Shown: positions 1 through 10,421, counted from the stretch's first letter. The stretch: 64,000 nt of DNA from an uncultured Gemmatimonadales bacterium (GCA_963823035.1 CAWGKG010000012.1:416001-480000); one strand, 5' to 3'. The notes: a model not told the origin generated them from the sequence alone. Translations and numbers: made by a program.

Positions 1-33
1 CCAAAAAAATAGAGCCCTGTTCTGTTTTCGTGC

Positions 34-366
34 TCATCGCTCTCGAGTGGCCGCGATGATGGCTTCCATGTGATCGAGGTAGGCCTCCAGGGCCCGACGT
101 CCCTTGGCCGTCAGCTCGTAGTCCGTCCTCGGAACCCGCCCGTCGAACGACTTGTGGCAGAGGAGGTAGCCCGCGTCCTCCAGCCGCCGAGCGTGGGCGC
201 TCAGGTTCCCGTCGGTCGTGCCGAGGAGATCGCGCAGATCGGTGAACGGCAGCGCGCCGTTCACGGCGAGCGCGCTCACGATCCCCAGACGGACCCGCTC
301 GTGGATGAGGCGGTCGAGCTCGAGCGCCCCCGCCTCCGGACCGTTCCCGGCCACGGAGTCCAGCAC
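34..366 (-). CDS. Winged-helix transcriptional regulator (ArsR-like/HTH_34); start uncertain
   Basis: [18 protein letters not shown]...[27 protein letters not shown]...[11 protein letters not shown] is typical of the family; in-frame GTG at 366, but the true start may be near 427 with a frameshift. Confidence 0.85.
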   Translation of the reverse strand: MLDSVAGNGPEAGALELDRLIHERVRLGIVSALAVNGALPFTDLRDLLGTTDGNLSAHARRLEDAGYLLCHKSFDGRVPRTDYELTAKGRRALEAYLDHMEAIIAATRER

Positions 367-419
367 CGGACGCGCCCGCGGCGCGTCCTCCTCCGACGTC
401 CCGTACGACCGGCTTTCTC

Positions 420-1037
420 TCAGCCACCGTGCTTCCTCCAGATGATGACGCCGAAAACGATGTGCAGCACGCCGAAGCCCACCGCCATGATGACGTCCGC
501 CCACGCCGCCGGGGCGAAGAGGGCGAGCGCTCCCGCGCCCATGAAGGTGAAGCCCATCGCGGGCACCACCCTCACGGAGAACGCCCCGCCCGTGACGACG
601 CCCGTGCCGTAGAGCAGGAGCCAGGCTCCGGGGAGCAACTCCACCAGGCCCGCCCGCGCCAGCGCCAGGGTGAGCAAGAGGCCCACCACGAGCGGGGGCG
701 AGACGTTCCAGGCGAACTTCCGCCCGGCTCCACCCAGCAACGCGCTCCCGGCGGCGTGCGCCTTCGTCGCCATCGCGAAGAGTGCCACGCCGAGCGCGAG
801 GACGGCGGCCGTCATCCAGATCAGAACCCACACACGCGGATCGGACGCCCGCCAGGCCACGAGGCTCGCGGCGAGGGCGATGACGCCCATGACGATTCCG
901 CCGATCCCGGAGACCGCCGTGAACGACTGGGAGCGCTCCATCGTCTCGCGGATGTAGCGCAGGTTCTCCATGGCCTTGTCGTGCAGGGCCAGGGGAGGCG
1001 GGTCCGGGTCTCGGAGCCTGGGCGCGGGTCGGTTCAT
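420..1037 (-). CDS. Multi-pass membrane protein, co-transcribed with the HTH regulator
   Basis: About 6 hydrophobic segments; [15 protein letters not shown]...SG and LHIVFG motifs; ATG at 1037. Confidence 0.8.
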   Translation of the reverse strand: MNRPAPRLRDPDPPPLALHDKAMENLRYIRETMERSQSFTAVSGIGGIVMGVIALAASLVAWRASDPRVWVLIWMTAAVLALGVALFAMATKAHAAGSALLGGAGRKFAWNVSPPLVVGLLLTLALARAGLVELLPGAWLLLYGTGVVTGGAFSVRVVPAMGFTFMGAGALALFAPAAWADVIMAVGFGVLHIVFGVIIWRKHGG

Positions 1038-1043
1038 CCCTTC

Positions 1044-1091
1044 AGAATGAGGGGTAGGGCGGCGTTTCGTCAAGTACTTTGCAGCACAAAG
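1044..1091 (-). promoter_or_regulatory. Putative sigma70 promoter (TTGACG-N18-CATTCT) with adjacent CTTTG-N5-CAAAG operator
   Basis: Inverted repeat at 1077-1091; -35 at 1073-1068; -10 at 1049-1044, ending 7 nt before ATG 1037. Confidence 0.55.
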
Positions 1092-1146
1092 CTCAGGTCC
1101 ACCCGGTACTTCGCGGCGGGGCGGGGCGTGTGGAGGGTCTTCGCTC

Positions 1147-2095
1147 TCATGTACGGGGCGCCACCACGCGGAGCGCGCCGGGGAGGATGCGTGCCACCAG
1201 CTCCGATTCGGCGGCCTGACGCACTTCGCCGTCCATCTCGAAGCGTGGGGGCGCGGGGAACTGGAGGCGGAACGCGTCCTGGTCGAGGATCTCGACCCGA
1301 TCCGACCGCACGTGCTCGCCCCTTCTCGGCGAGGTTGAAGAGGCGGAGCCGCGTGAGCGGCGGCGCGTCCATGATCCTGCAGGCGTGCAGCTTTCCGTCG
1401 TCGATGCGCGCCCGCGGCGCGATCGGGAAGCCCCCGCCGAAGAAGCGGCCGTTGGAGATCGTGAGCATCAGGTGCCGACCGTCACGCCGGCCGGCGTCGT
1501 CCGCGCTCAATCCGACCTCGAAGCCCGGGAAGCGGAAGAGCTGCTGGAGCGCGGTGAGCTTGTACAGGAGCTCGCCCCGCAGGAAGCGCGCGCCCGCCGC
1601 CGCATCGAGCACCGCGATGTCGAAGCCGAAGCCGATGAGGTTCAGGAAGTGACGGGGCTCGTGGCTCCCGGGCGTGTGCTCGGAGGCGCTCGGCGTGTCC
1701 AGACGGCCCACGTCCACGCGGCGCACGTGCCCCTCCGCGAGGACGCGAACCGCCTCCGCCCCGCCCGCCGGATCGAAGCCGAGGTTGCGACCGAAGTCGT
1801 TGCCGGTCCCGCTCGGCAGCACGCCGAAGGCCACATCGTCGCGTCCCGACGCCACCACCCGGTCGGCGACGTTGCTCCACGTGCCGTCGCCGCCCACGGC
1901 GACGATGAGCTCGAAGCCGTCCCGGAGGGCGGCCTCGGCGAGGTCGCGCTCCTCACCCGGACGCGTGGTCACCCCGATCGTGGCCTCGGGCAGGTGCTCG
2001 CGGAGCAGCCGACGGTACGTCTCGAGCCGGCGTGCCCCGCGACCCCGCCCGGAGGCGGGGTTGAAGACGACGAAGGTGCGGCGTGCGCCGCTCAG
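1147..2095 (-). CDS. Diacylglycerol/lipid kinase family protein (DagK/YegS-like); frameshift near 1320
   Basis: FNPASG, VGGDGT, LPSGTGNDF, GFGFD, NGRFFGGG, IDDG; the C-terminus FEMDGE...ILPGALRVVAP is in the shifted frame; probable CTG start overlapping the upstream TGA. Confidence 0.88.
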
Positions 2096-2775
2096 ATCTT
2101 CTCCAGCGGCTCGAAGGTCTGCATCCCGGCCTGGTACCACTCCTCCCGGAACGGGAAGGTATGGACGTCCGGGATCGTGAGGGGCGCGGTCATGGGGTGC
2201 TCGTAGAGCTTGAGCGAGCCGCGTTCCTCCTCGTGCTCGGAGTGCGGGGCGTCCATGTAGATGTTCGCCTTGAAGCGATCGTCGCCCTCGAGCGTGAAGG
2301 CGTTGTACAGGTTCTTCTTCGGCCCGAAGGCGTAGTCCGTCACGACCACGTCCAGCACGGGCCGGTCCTCGTCCCGCACCCGGACCTCCATCGTGCCGTC
2401 GGTCTGCTCGAAGTGGATCTGCAGGTCCTTCATGTAGTGGGGCAGATGCCACCGCTCGATGGCGTGCAGGCGCGCGGCCTCCGTCGACGTGCCCACCACG
2501 AAGGGGTAGAAGGCAGCCTTCGGCAGCGGCTTGCCGGGCACCACCATCGGGGGCACGAGGATCGCCAGCACGACCTCCTCGTAGGAGCCCACCTCGCTTT
2601 CCGTGAACTCGAACGCCGTCAGCGCGAAGATGCTCCGCGTGTGCTGCACCTCGAGCGGTTGAAGGTGGGACGGGAGGATCCTGCGGGCGTCCGTCGTCGC
2701 CATTTCGAAGAAGCCGCCGATGCAGTTGCGGAACCCGTAGTACGTGTACTCCATGTCGTGCCCGTCCTTCGCCAT
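2092..2775 (-). CDS. Acetoacetate decarboxylase-like fold protein
   Basis: ARRILPSHLQP...FEFTESEVGSYEEV...AIERWHLPH pattern resembles the ADC family. Confidence 0.65.
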   Translation of the reverse strand: MAKDGHDMEYTYYGFRNCIGGFFEMATTDARRILPSHLQPLEVQHTRSIFALTAFEFTESEVGSYEEVVLAILVPPMVVPGKPLPKAAFYPFVVGTSTEAARLHAIERWHLPHYMKDLQIHFEQTDGTMEVRVRDEDRPVLDVVVTDYAFGPKKNLYNAFTLEGDDRFKANIYMDAPHSEHEEERGSLKLYEHPMTAPLTIPDVHTFPFREEWYQAGMQTFEPLEKI

Positions 2776-2890
2776 GTCCGATTCCAGGGGTGGTCCGCCT
2801 TGATGCGCGTCCGCCGAACCGATTAGCGTTGGCGGTTCGAGGCGCACCCGCCGTTGATCCCTTCCGACCTCCCGTTTCGACGGAGGCCTG

Positions 2891-3664
2891 TTGTCCAAGC
2901 TTCGAGGCTACCTGGCACTCATCTTCGTGTGCCTCACCTTGCTGGTGCTGGATCCCGTCCAGCGCTTGCTGATCGCCCCGTGGGTACGCCTCGCACCCTC
3001 GCGGCGGATCGCCGTTCTCGGTCGCTGGCAGCGATTCCTCGCGCAGGTCGTCCTGCGTCCGGTTTCCGTGATCGGCGGTGCCCGGATCCCCGAGATCCCC
3101 AAGGTACCGGCGAGCGATGGCACCCTCGTCCTCATGAACCACCAGTCGCTCCTGGACATCCCCCTGGTGGTCGCGTCGGTGAAGGACGCCTATCCCAGGA
3201 TCCTGACCCGGAAGCGCTATATGCGGTGGATTCCGCTAATCTCGCACATGACGCGCCTCTATCAATACCCTGCCGTGGACCCTTCCGCAAAGGCCGGTTC
3301 GGCGCGCCGGATGTTCGACGAGATCCGCGACGCCGCCCGCTCGAGCGACGTGCCCCTGGCCATCTTTCCCGAGGGCACGCGGACGCGGGACGGCGAGATC
3401 GGACGGTTCAAGACCACGGGGCTCGGCATCATCCTCGAGCAACGTCCGTGGACGGTATACGTCATGGTGGCGGACGGCTTCTGGCAGCGCGCGAAGCTCA
3501 AGGACTTCCTGGGCGGGATGAGCGGCATCCGCGGGCGTGTGGAGCTGATCGGCCCGTTCGAGTGGCCCGACGCCGGGGCGGACCCCGGGCCGTTCATCGG
3601 CAAGATGCGAGAGCACATGGTCCGGCGTCTGGCCGAGATGCGTGCCGCCGTGCCCACCTCGTGA
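2891..3664 (+). CDS. Lysophospholipid (1-acyl-G3P) acyltransferase, PlsC family
   Basis: NHQSLLD and IFPEGTR motifs; N-terminal hydrophobic helix. Confidence 0.9.
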   Translation: MSKLRGYLALIFVCLTLLVLDPVQRLLIAPWVRLAPSRRIAVLGRWQRFLAQVVLRPVSVIGGARIPEIPKVPASDGTLVLMNHQSLLDIPLVVASVKDAYPRILTRKRYMRWIPLISHMTRLYQYPAVDPSAKAGSARRMFDEIRDAARSSDVPLAIFPEGTRTRDGEIGRFKTTGLGIILEQRPWTVYVMVADGFWQRAKLKDFLGGMSGIRGRVELIGPFEWPDAGADPGPFIGKMREHMVRRLAEMRAAVPTS

Positions 3665-3672
3665 GGGCCGCG

Positions 3673-4666
3673 ATGCCCGAGCGGGTTCCGGAGAGCGGCG
3701 GGGCGGGTCCCCCCGTAGAGGGCACCGGCGGTGCCCTCGAGCACGCCGAAGCCCTGGCCGGCCGCCTGGCGGCCGCCGCGGGAGGGACCGTCTCGGCCGT
3801 GATCCTCTACGGATCGCACCTCCTCGGGAGCGACCCCCGACCGACACAGCGCCCTCGACTTCGTGGTGGTGGTGCGGGACTACCGCGCCTTCTACGGTGC
3901 GCTCCGCGCGGCGGGCGAGATCCACCGGCCGACGTGGCTCATGGCCGGCCTTGCACGCGTGCTCCCGCCGAACGTCATCGCCTTCACTCCGGAAGAGGGC
4001 GACGCGGGCCTCGCCAAGTGCCTCGTGATCGACCACGCGGACTTCGAGCGTGCGCTCGGCCCCGCTCCGCGCGACCATTTCCTCCTGGCCCGCATGGTCC
4101 AGCGCGTCGCGCTCGTCCAGGCCACCGATGCCGAGCGTGCGCGGTGGGTGGGCGCGTGCCTGCACGCCGCGCACGTGGGGGCCCTGGCGTGGGTCGGGCC
4201 CTTCCTCGACGAGCCGTTCGACGCCGAGGCGCTGGGGCGCCGCTTGCTCGAGATCTCCTATCGGGCCGAGTTCCGCCCCGAGGCGCGCAACCGCGCGGAT
4301 ACGATCTTCGCGACGCAGCGTACGCACTTCCGCGACGTCTTCGCACCCATCCTCGAGGCGGAGGCCGCCGCCGGGCGGCTGATGCGCGTGCGGGACGCCT
4401 ACCGCTTCGCGAGCCCTCCGGGGAAGGCCGCCCGTCGGCGCTGGCGGCGCCACCTCAGGCGGTCCAAGGCGCGCGTCACGGCCCGCTGGCTCAAGCACGT
4501 GCTCACGTTCGACAACTGGCTTCCCTACATCACGCGCAAGGTGGAGCGACGCACGGGCACCCGCGTGGAGCTCACCGCCCTGGAGCGGCGTGCGCCGCTG
4601 CTCTTCCTCTGGCCGCGCGTGTTCCGTGTGCTGCTCACCCGCCCCGAACGGGAGCATCGAGAATGA
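3673..4666 (+). CDS. Nucleotidyltransferase-fold protein, putative Tam41/Mmp37-like phosphatidate cytidylyltransferase; frameshift near 3836
   Basis: Joined N-terminus VILYGSHLLGSDP-DRHSALDFVVVVRDY (GS...DxD-like); C-terminus KHVLTFDNWLPYITRKVERR; sits in a lipid operon. Confidence 0.6.
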
Positions 4667-5410
4667 GGACGGACCTGATCGTGCTGGTGGCCTTGCTGGC
4701 CGTGGCATTGGGCTCGATGCCGATCTACGCCGCGGGCGCGGCACGGCGTGGGCGTGACCCGCACGACATCGCAGGACCGAGGCTCCTTCGTCCTGGGAGG
4801 CTTCGCCCGCAGCTGGTTCTACTGGTTCGTGCGCCCGGTGGAGCGGCTCTCGCTGGCGCTGGGGCTGGGGCCGCTGTTCTTCAACCTCCTCGGCGTGGCG
4901 TTCGGGGTGGTGGCGGCGGCGTGCTTCGCGACCGGCCGCATCAACCTGGGCGGATGGGCCGTGCTTCTGGGCGGGATCGCGGACATCCTCGACGGACGGA
5001 TCGCCCGCGCCCTCGGTGTGGCCAACCGGCGTGGCGCCTTCCTCGATTCCACGCTCGACCGTTTCGCGGAGTTCGCGGCTTTCGTCGGCCTGGCGCTCCT
5101 CTTCCGGGGTTCCCCGACGGCACTGGTCCTGGTCGTGACCGCGCTCGGCGGGTCGCTCATGGTCAGCTACGCCCGGGCGCGCGGCGAGAGCGTGGGGGTG
5201 GAGTGCAAGCTGGGCGTGATGCAGCGCGCCGAGCGCCTCCTCCTCCTGGGGTTCGGTGCGATCCTCGACCCGTCCGTGTCGGCCTGGGCGGGCCGGGCCC
5301 CCGGCGCGCTCCTGGTTCCCGTCCTGGCCCTGGTGGCGGTGGGCACCGTCGGAACGGCGGTGTTCCGTACGGTATGGATCGCTCGTCGTCTTCCAGAAGT
5401 CGATGTCTGA
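4663..5410 (+). CDS. CDP-alcohol phosphatidyltransferase; frameshift near 4765
   Basis: DILDGRIAR...GAFLDSTLDR signature; SYARARGE, QRAER; ATG overlaps the upstream TGA. Confidence 0.92.
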
Positions 5411-5811
5411 CCTGGACTTACATAGACACACCAGGCTCGGTCCACGAGGCGATCCGCCCGCCTCTACGTAATCCTGCCGCGGCTCTACGTCATGAGTCGT
5501 AGGGCGAGGCGACGGCCCGCGGGGCCATTCTCCCGGCACACGAACAAACTCGTACGCCGAAAGGAGTCCGCCCGATGGGTTGGACCGCGCCGTCGCTCGA
5601 ACGTCCATGCCCCCCAGGCATCGGAGGTTCTCGCCCGGAGTCACCCACCTATCATCCTCTACGCGGGTGCGTCCGACGAACTCTCTGCTGCCGTCGTGGC
5701 CACCCGTTCCCAACAGATCGGACCTCGGTTCGATTCCCGCACCCGAGCCCACCTTTCTCGACAGCAACAGGGCTTCAGGTAGAGCACGGTGCGGCCCATC
5801 GGGCGGCTTTC

Positions 5812-5851
5812 GAGGGGAGGACGTCACGCTCCGGCGCGGCGTCCTCCTCTC
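5812..5851. terminator. GC-rich stem-loop downstream of the Rid gene
   Basis: GAGGGGAGGACGTC...GGCGTCCTCCTCTC inverted repeat. Confidence 0.5.
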
Positions 5852-6248
5852 ACGGTCGGTAGGCGATCGCGTCGATCTCGACCTTGAGCCCCACGTGGGG
5901 AAGGGCCGCCACCTGCACGGTCGTGCGCGCTGGCCGGTGCTCACCGAAGACGCGTGCGTAGACCGCGTTCATCGACGCGAAGTCCCGCATGTCCACGAGG
6001 AACACGCCGCAGCGTAGCACGTGCGAGAGGTCCGTTCCCGCCGCCTCGAGGATCGCCCGGATGTTGCGGAAGACCTGCTCCGTCTGCGTCGCGACGTCGG
6101 CACCGGCGAGCTCGCCGGTAGTCGGGTCGGTGGCGCCTTGTCCGGAGACGAAGATGAGGCGGTCGAAGGCCATCCCCGGGGAGTAGGGACCGACCGGCGC
6201 GGGAAGGCCGGAGGCCACGACCGGACGATGGGTCGGGGTGTCGCTCAT
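5850..6248 (-). CDS. RidA/YjgF/UK114 family enamine/imine deaminase
   Basis: PVGPYS, IFVSGQ, MNAVYARVF..HRPAR, LKVEIDAIA. Confidence 0.93.
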   Translation of the reverse strand: MSDTPTHRPVVASGLPAPVGPYSPGMAFDRLIFVSGQGATDPTTGELAGADVATQTEQVFRNIRAILEAAGTDLSHVLRCGVFLVDMRDFASMNAVYARVFGEHRPARTTVQVAALPHVGLKVEIDAIAYRP

Positions 6249-6442
6249 GGAAGGGGCTCGCTGGTGGGTCGGTTCGACGGGCGGGCCGGCGAGCAGGTGC
6301 CGGACCGGGGCTCGCGGGCACCCTAGCGGGCGCCGCCCCGCCCCGCCATGGGCTCCTTGCGAGCGGCATGCTTGCCGCGGTCCACCGCACGCTCCTACCA
6401 TCGTCGCCACGCATTCCGCCGCCCGATCAGGCAGGCCCGTCC

Positions 6443-7928
6443 GTGACGCACCCGGCTCCCTCGTTTCCCACGCCCGACGCTCGCGAGGCGGTTCGCGCGT
6501 GCCTCAGTGCCGCGAGGTTCACGGAGGCATCGCTGAGGAGGCGCCTCGTCGTGCCGGACGGCGCGCCGTTGGCGAGCCTCGGCACCCCCCTGATGGGGGA
6601 GCGGGTGCGGGCGTTGGACGAGCCCACCCGCTGCCTTCTCGAGCTCTTCCTCCTCGAGCGCTCCATGCCCCGCCAGGCCGTCGAGGCGGCGCTCGGCGCC
6701 GACGTCGTGGTCGCGCTGCACGACTGCGGGCTGCTGAGCACCCACGACGCCGTCTGCGCCGCGACCGCCCGGCTCGGCGCGGTCGGGGATCTGATCTTCG
6801 CGTCCGACCTGGCCGAGCGGCACCGGGCGCGCGCGCCCGATTTCGTGCCGGGCGCGGGGGGCGCCACCCGCCGTTTCGCGGACTTCACCCTGCGCGGACC
6901 CGTGGAATCCGCGCTCGACCTCGGGTGCGGTGCAGGGGTCCTGAGCGGGCTCGCCGCCGCGCACGCGGGGCGGGTCGTGGCGACCGACGTCAACGTGCGT
7001 GCGCTCGCCTTCGCCCGCTTCAACGCCGAGCTCAACGAGATGAGCCGCGTGGACTTCCGCCAGGGAGACCTCTACGAGCCGGTGGGGGGGGAGCGTTTCG
7101 ATCTCATCGTCTCCAACCCTCCCTTCGCGCTCTCGCCCGGTGACACGTTCGCCTACCGGGACGGCGGGGCCGAGCTGAGCCGGTCGATCGCCCGGGCGGG
7201 ACCCGACCATCTCACCGTGTCGGGTTGGCTGCAGATGATGGCGGAGTGGCCCGAACGCGCCGGGACGGATTGGAGGACGGAGGTGCTGGCGTGGCTGGAG
7301 GGCGTGGCGTGTGACGCCTGGGTGCTGCGGCTCTACTCGTACGACGCCGCGACCTACGCCTGGCGCTGGGTCGTGCAGGACGCGCCCGAAGGGGACGAAG
7401 GGGATGCGCTGCGCACGTGGATGGGGCATCTGCGCGCGCAAGCCATCGACGCGGTGGGAGGTGGACTGATCGTCCTGCGTCCGCGCCGCCATCGCGACCC
7501 TGTGCGACAGCTCCGGGACGCTCCGCCTCTCGCGGACGGCCCGATTGGGGGGTCGCTGAGGCGGTGGCTGGAAGCGCAGGACCTGCTCGCGGCTCTGGGC
7601 GGGACCGAACCGCTGCTCGAAACCCCGCTCATGCCTGCGCCGGATCTCGAGCGCTCGGAGACCAGCGAGCCCACGGGGAACGGATGGACCCGGCCTGACG
7701 TGCGCCTGCGCCTCCGCGACGGTCTGCGCTTCGCGGCTCGGGTCGATCCGGTAGCGTCCGCTCTGGTGGGCCTCCTGGGGAAGGGGCGCACGCCACGTGA
7801 AGCCCTCGCCGCCTTCGCGGAGCAGCACGGGGTGCCTGGCGAGTCCCTTCCTTTCGGGGCTCCCGGCGCTCCTCCACCGGCTCGTGTCGCTCGGGATCCT
7901 CCTTCCGGTCGGCGGGGGATCGGAGTAG
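6443..7928 (+). CDS. Class I SAM-dependent (NPPF-type) methyltransferase with C-terminal winged-helix/RRE-like domain; frameshift near 7845
   Basis: LDLGCGAG, ATDVNVRAL, GDLYEP, DLIVSNPPF; corrected C-terminus ...FLSGLPALLHRLVSLGILLP, TAG at 7926-7928. Confidence 0.85.
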
Positions 7929-8031
7929 GTCTCACGCCGCCGCCACTCCCGGGTGGCCGCACGTACGACTTTCGCATTCGGGCGCCTATACGTATTCATC
8001 CTGGGTAGCACACCACTGCCTGGGAGGCGAG

Positions 8032-8328
8032 ATGAGCACGGAATCGTACAGGGCGTTCACGGCTGAGATCGGAAAGGATCCGAAGCTTCGCCAAGAGATC
8101 CTCGTTGCGGGTGGCCTGGACGGAATGTCCATGGAGAGGCTCGCGTCGATCGCGTCCGGGTACGGATACGAGTTCACCGCGCAGGACGTGAGCCACGAGC
8201 TGAGCGACGGTCGGCTCCAGGCCGCGGTGGGTGGGCGACTCAGCTTCGCCACCATGACGGACCAGTACTGGAAGGTCGCCTTCGATCCTCTCGGAGGTAC
8301 CCTCCACTACTTCAAGTACTACAGGTAG
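8032..8328 (+). CDS. Nif11-like leader RiPP precursor peptide (98 aa)
   Basis: MSTESYRAF..I.KDPKLRQEI...IASGYGYEFTAQDV..ELSDGRLQAAVGG leader; 30-aa core; GGGAGG RBS. Confidence 0.82.
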   Translation: MSTESYRAFTAEIGKDPKLRQEILVAGGLDGMSMERLASIASGYGYEFTAQDVSHELSDGRLQAAVGGRLSFATMTDQYWKVAFDPLGGTLHYFKYYR

Positions 8329-8359
8329 CCGGAACGGCTCCCCGCCTCGACCGCGCTGG

Positions 8360-8953
8360 TCAGCCCCCGACCTGGTAGTCGATTCGGATGGGCTCGGGGT
8401 AGCGGATCGGTCCCAGCCTCGTCTGGATCGACGGGGTGGCGTCCAGCCGTACGCGGTGGCTCCCACCCGAACCGGCCACCGCGAGGGCGAGGCCGACCAC
8501 GTCCTGCAGTTGCCCGTCGAAGAAGTCCAGCAGGTCCAGCCTGACCGTCACGGGCACGTCGACCGGCTGCCCAGGCGGCAGCACGTACTCCTGGTCGAGG
8601 ATGCCGCTGATCGTCTCGCGGTCGTCGAGGAACAGCTTCCAGTCCAGCCCGACCAGACGCGCCTGCACGTTGTCCGCTGGGTTGGAGGCGCGGATCTGCA
8701 GGACGGTCTCGAGCGGTAGCTCGTGACGCGCCAGTGCCGCTCCGAGGCGAGCCACCTGGATGGCGGACAGATCCCCATAGCTCCGGATCGACTCGATCGG
8801 AACTCCGGCCAACGAGCTCCCCGTGGCACCTGCGAGCGAGAAGTCCACGTTGCGCAGAGCCGTGAGCTCCTGGAGCGTCGCGCATCCGTACACGGTGGCG
8901 GTCAGGGCGATCGCGAGGAGCAGCGGCGGGCGTCGGGCGGTCGGGTTCGGCAT
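8360..8953 (-). CDS. LEA_2/WHy-domain lipoprotein
   Basis: Lipobox-like VYGC; ASNPA..ARLVGLDWKLFLD; VLPPGQPVDVPVTV. Confidence 0.75.
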   Translation of the reverse strand: MPNPTARRPPLLLAIALTATVYGCATLQELTALRNVDFSLAGATGSSLAGVPIESIRSYGDLSAIQVARLGAALARHELPLETVLQIRASNPADNVQARLVGLDWKLFLDDRETISGILDQEYVLPPGQPVDVPVTVRLDLLDFFDGQLQDVVGLALAVAGSGGSHRVRLDATPSIQTRLGPIRYPEPIRIDYQVGG

Positions 8954-8968
8954 CTTGAATGAATACCC

Positions 8969-10412
8969 TCACATGCCCAGCGCCGAAATCACCTCCGCCA
9001 CGACTCCGTCCAGATAGGCATCCGAGCCACCCGGGCTCGGGCCGAGCCTCACCACCACCATGTCGAGCGACGGGATGACCATCGTGTTCTGTCCCATGAA
9101 ACCGGCCGCCGTGTAGGCGTCCCGGGGAAGGCCGGGGAAGCGGCCCCCCGCGTTGACCCACCACAGCCCGCCGTAGTCCTGGTTCGGGTCGGACGGCGTG
9201 GGCGTGCTCACGAAATCCGTCCACCCTTCGGGGAGGATCCGCTCGCCCGCCCACACCCCCTTCCACAGGTGCAGCAGTCCGAATCGCGCCCAGTCGTAGG
9301 CGCTCATGAAGTCGTAGCCGGTGATGATGGGCGTCCCGCGGAGGTCGGTTTCGAGGACGGCGTCGCGGATGCCGATCCGATCGAAGAGCGCGCGACGTGG
9401 GAAGGAGAGCCAGTCCTCTCCGCGCTCCTCGACGATCCGACGCACGATGCACGTCACGGTGAGCGGGTCGCTGTTCCGGTAGCGGAAGACCGAGCCGGGG
9501 GGCTGGTCCAACGGCTGCTCGGTCGCGTGCCGGCAGACGTCACCCACCTGGTCCATGTAGAGCCGGAAGTGCTCGTTGGCCGAGGTGTACGAGCGAGGGT
9601 CGTCCAGCCCCAGGTTCAGGAAGTCGAGCCCGCTGCTCATGTGCAGGAGGTCGCGCAGGAGGATCGCGGCGCGCGGGATCCTCTGGATCGGCGTGCCAGG
9701 CCGCGACCGGCGCGGGCTCGTCGAGGCTGAGTGCGCCCTCCTGCACGAGGACGCCGGCGAGCGCGGCGGCGATGCTCTTCCCCTGCGACCACGAGATCTG
9801 CGGGGTGTGCGGACCGAAGCCCTCGGCGTAGCGCTCCGCGACGATGTGGCCGCGATGGAGAACGACCAGCGCGCGTGTGTTCTGCCCGGCCGGGCCCATC
9901 GCGCGGTCGAGCGCCGCATTCAAGGCGTCCGCGTCGGCGCTCTCCGGAAGCGGGGCGTGCGCCCCGAGGTCGCCGGTGGGCCAGGGCTGCGTGCGCGGGT
10001 CCGGAAGGGACGAGGCGATCGTCCGCGGCTCGAACGCCAGGGTGGTGGCGGCCCCCGCCGACCCCCCTCCGCGGGGCTCGATGATGCACCCCTGGTCGCC
10101 GTGGTATCCCGCGCTTCGCGCCGGAAGACCCGGCGCGCTCACCGTGACGCGGCGCGCGCTCCAGTCGACCTCGTAGCCGAAGGCGTCCTCCCACCGGAAC
10201 CACCCGAACGGACGGACGTCGCGCTCCAGCACCACGTCGGGCGCGCGCCGGAAGTCTCGCCCCACCACGAAGACGCCCGCGCACAGGTGATGGGCGCCCC
10301 ACGCCATCGCGGAGGACCGCTCCTCCGCGGTCTGCGCGCCGAGCGGCGCGGCGAGCAGGACACCGACGACGAGCGCGCTGACGGCCGCCGCGCCGGTGGA
10401 GCGGGAAGGCAT
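8969..10412 (-). CDS. Serine hydrolase, beta-lactamase class C-like; frameshift near 9680
   Basis: Signal peptide; SWSQGKS (SxxK), LLHMSSGL, FRYRN, AAGFMGQ. Confidence 0.88.
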
Positions 10413-10421
10413 GGCCCGTGC

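Noticed and set aside
1070..3142. 690-aa ORF as one protein
   Set aside because: Only 2095 to about 1320 is kinase; the upstream part is an alternate frame of the ADC-like gene.
5492..5862. Short ORFs of 95-96 aa in the intergenic gap
   Set aside because: No motifs and no convincing GC3 codon bias.
3236..5944. Very long antisense or alternate-frame ORFs (e.g. 902 aa here; 17328-20036; 44336-47683; 51029-53335)
   Set aside because: They are Arg/Pro/Gly-rich shadow ORFs expected at high GC and overlap well-supported genes.
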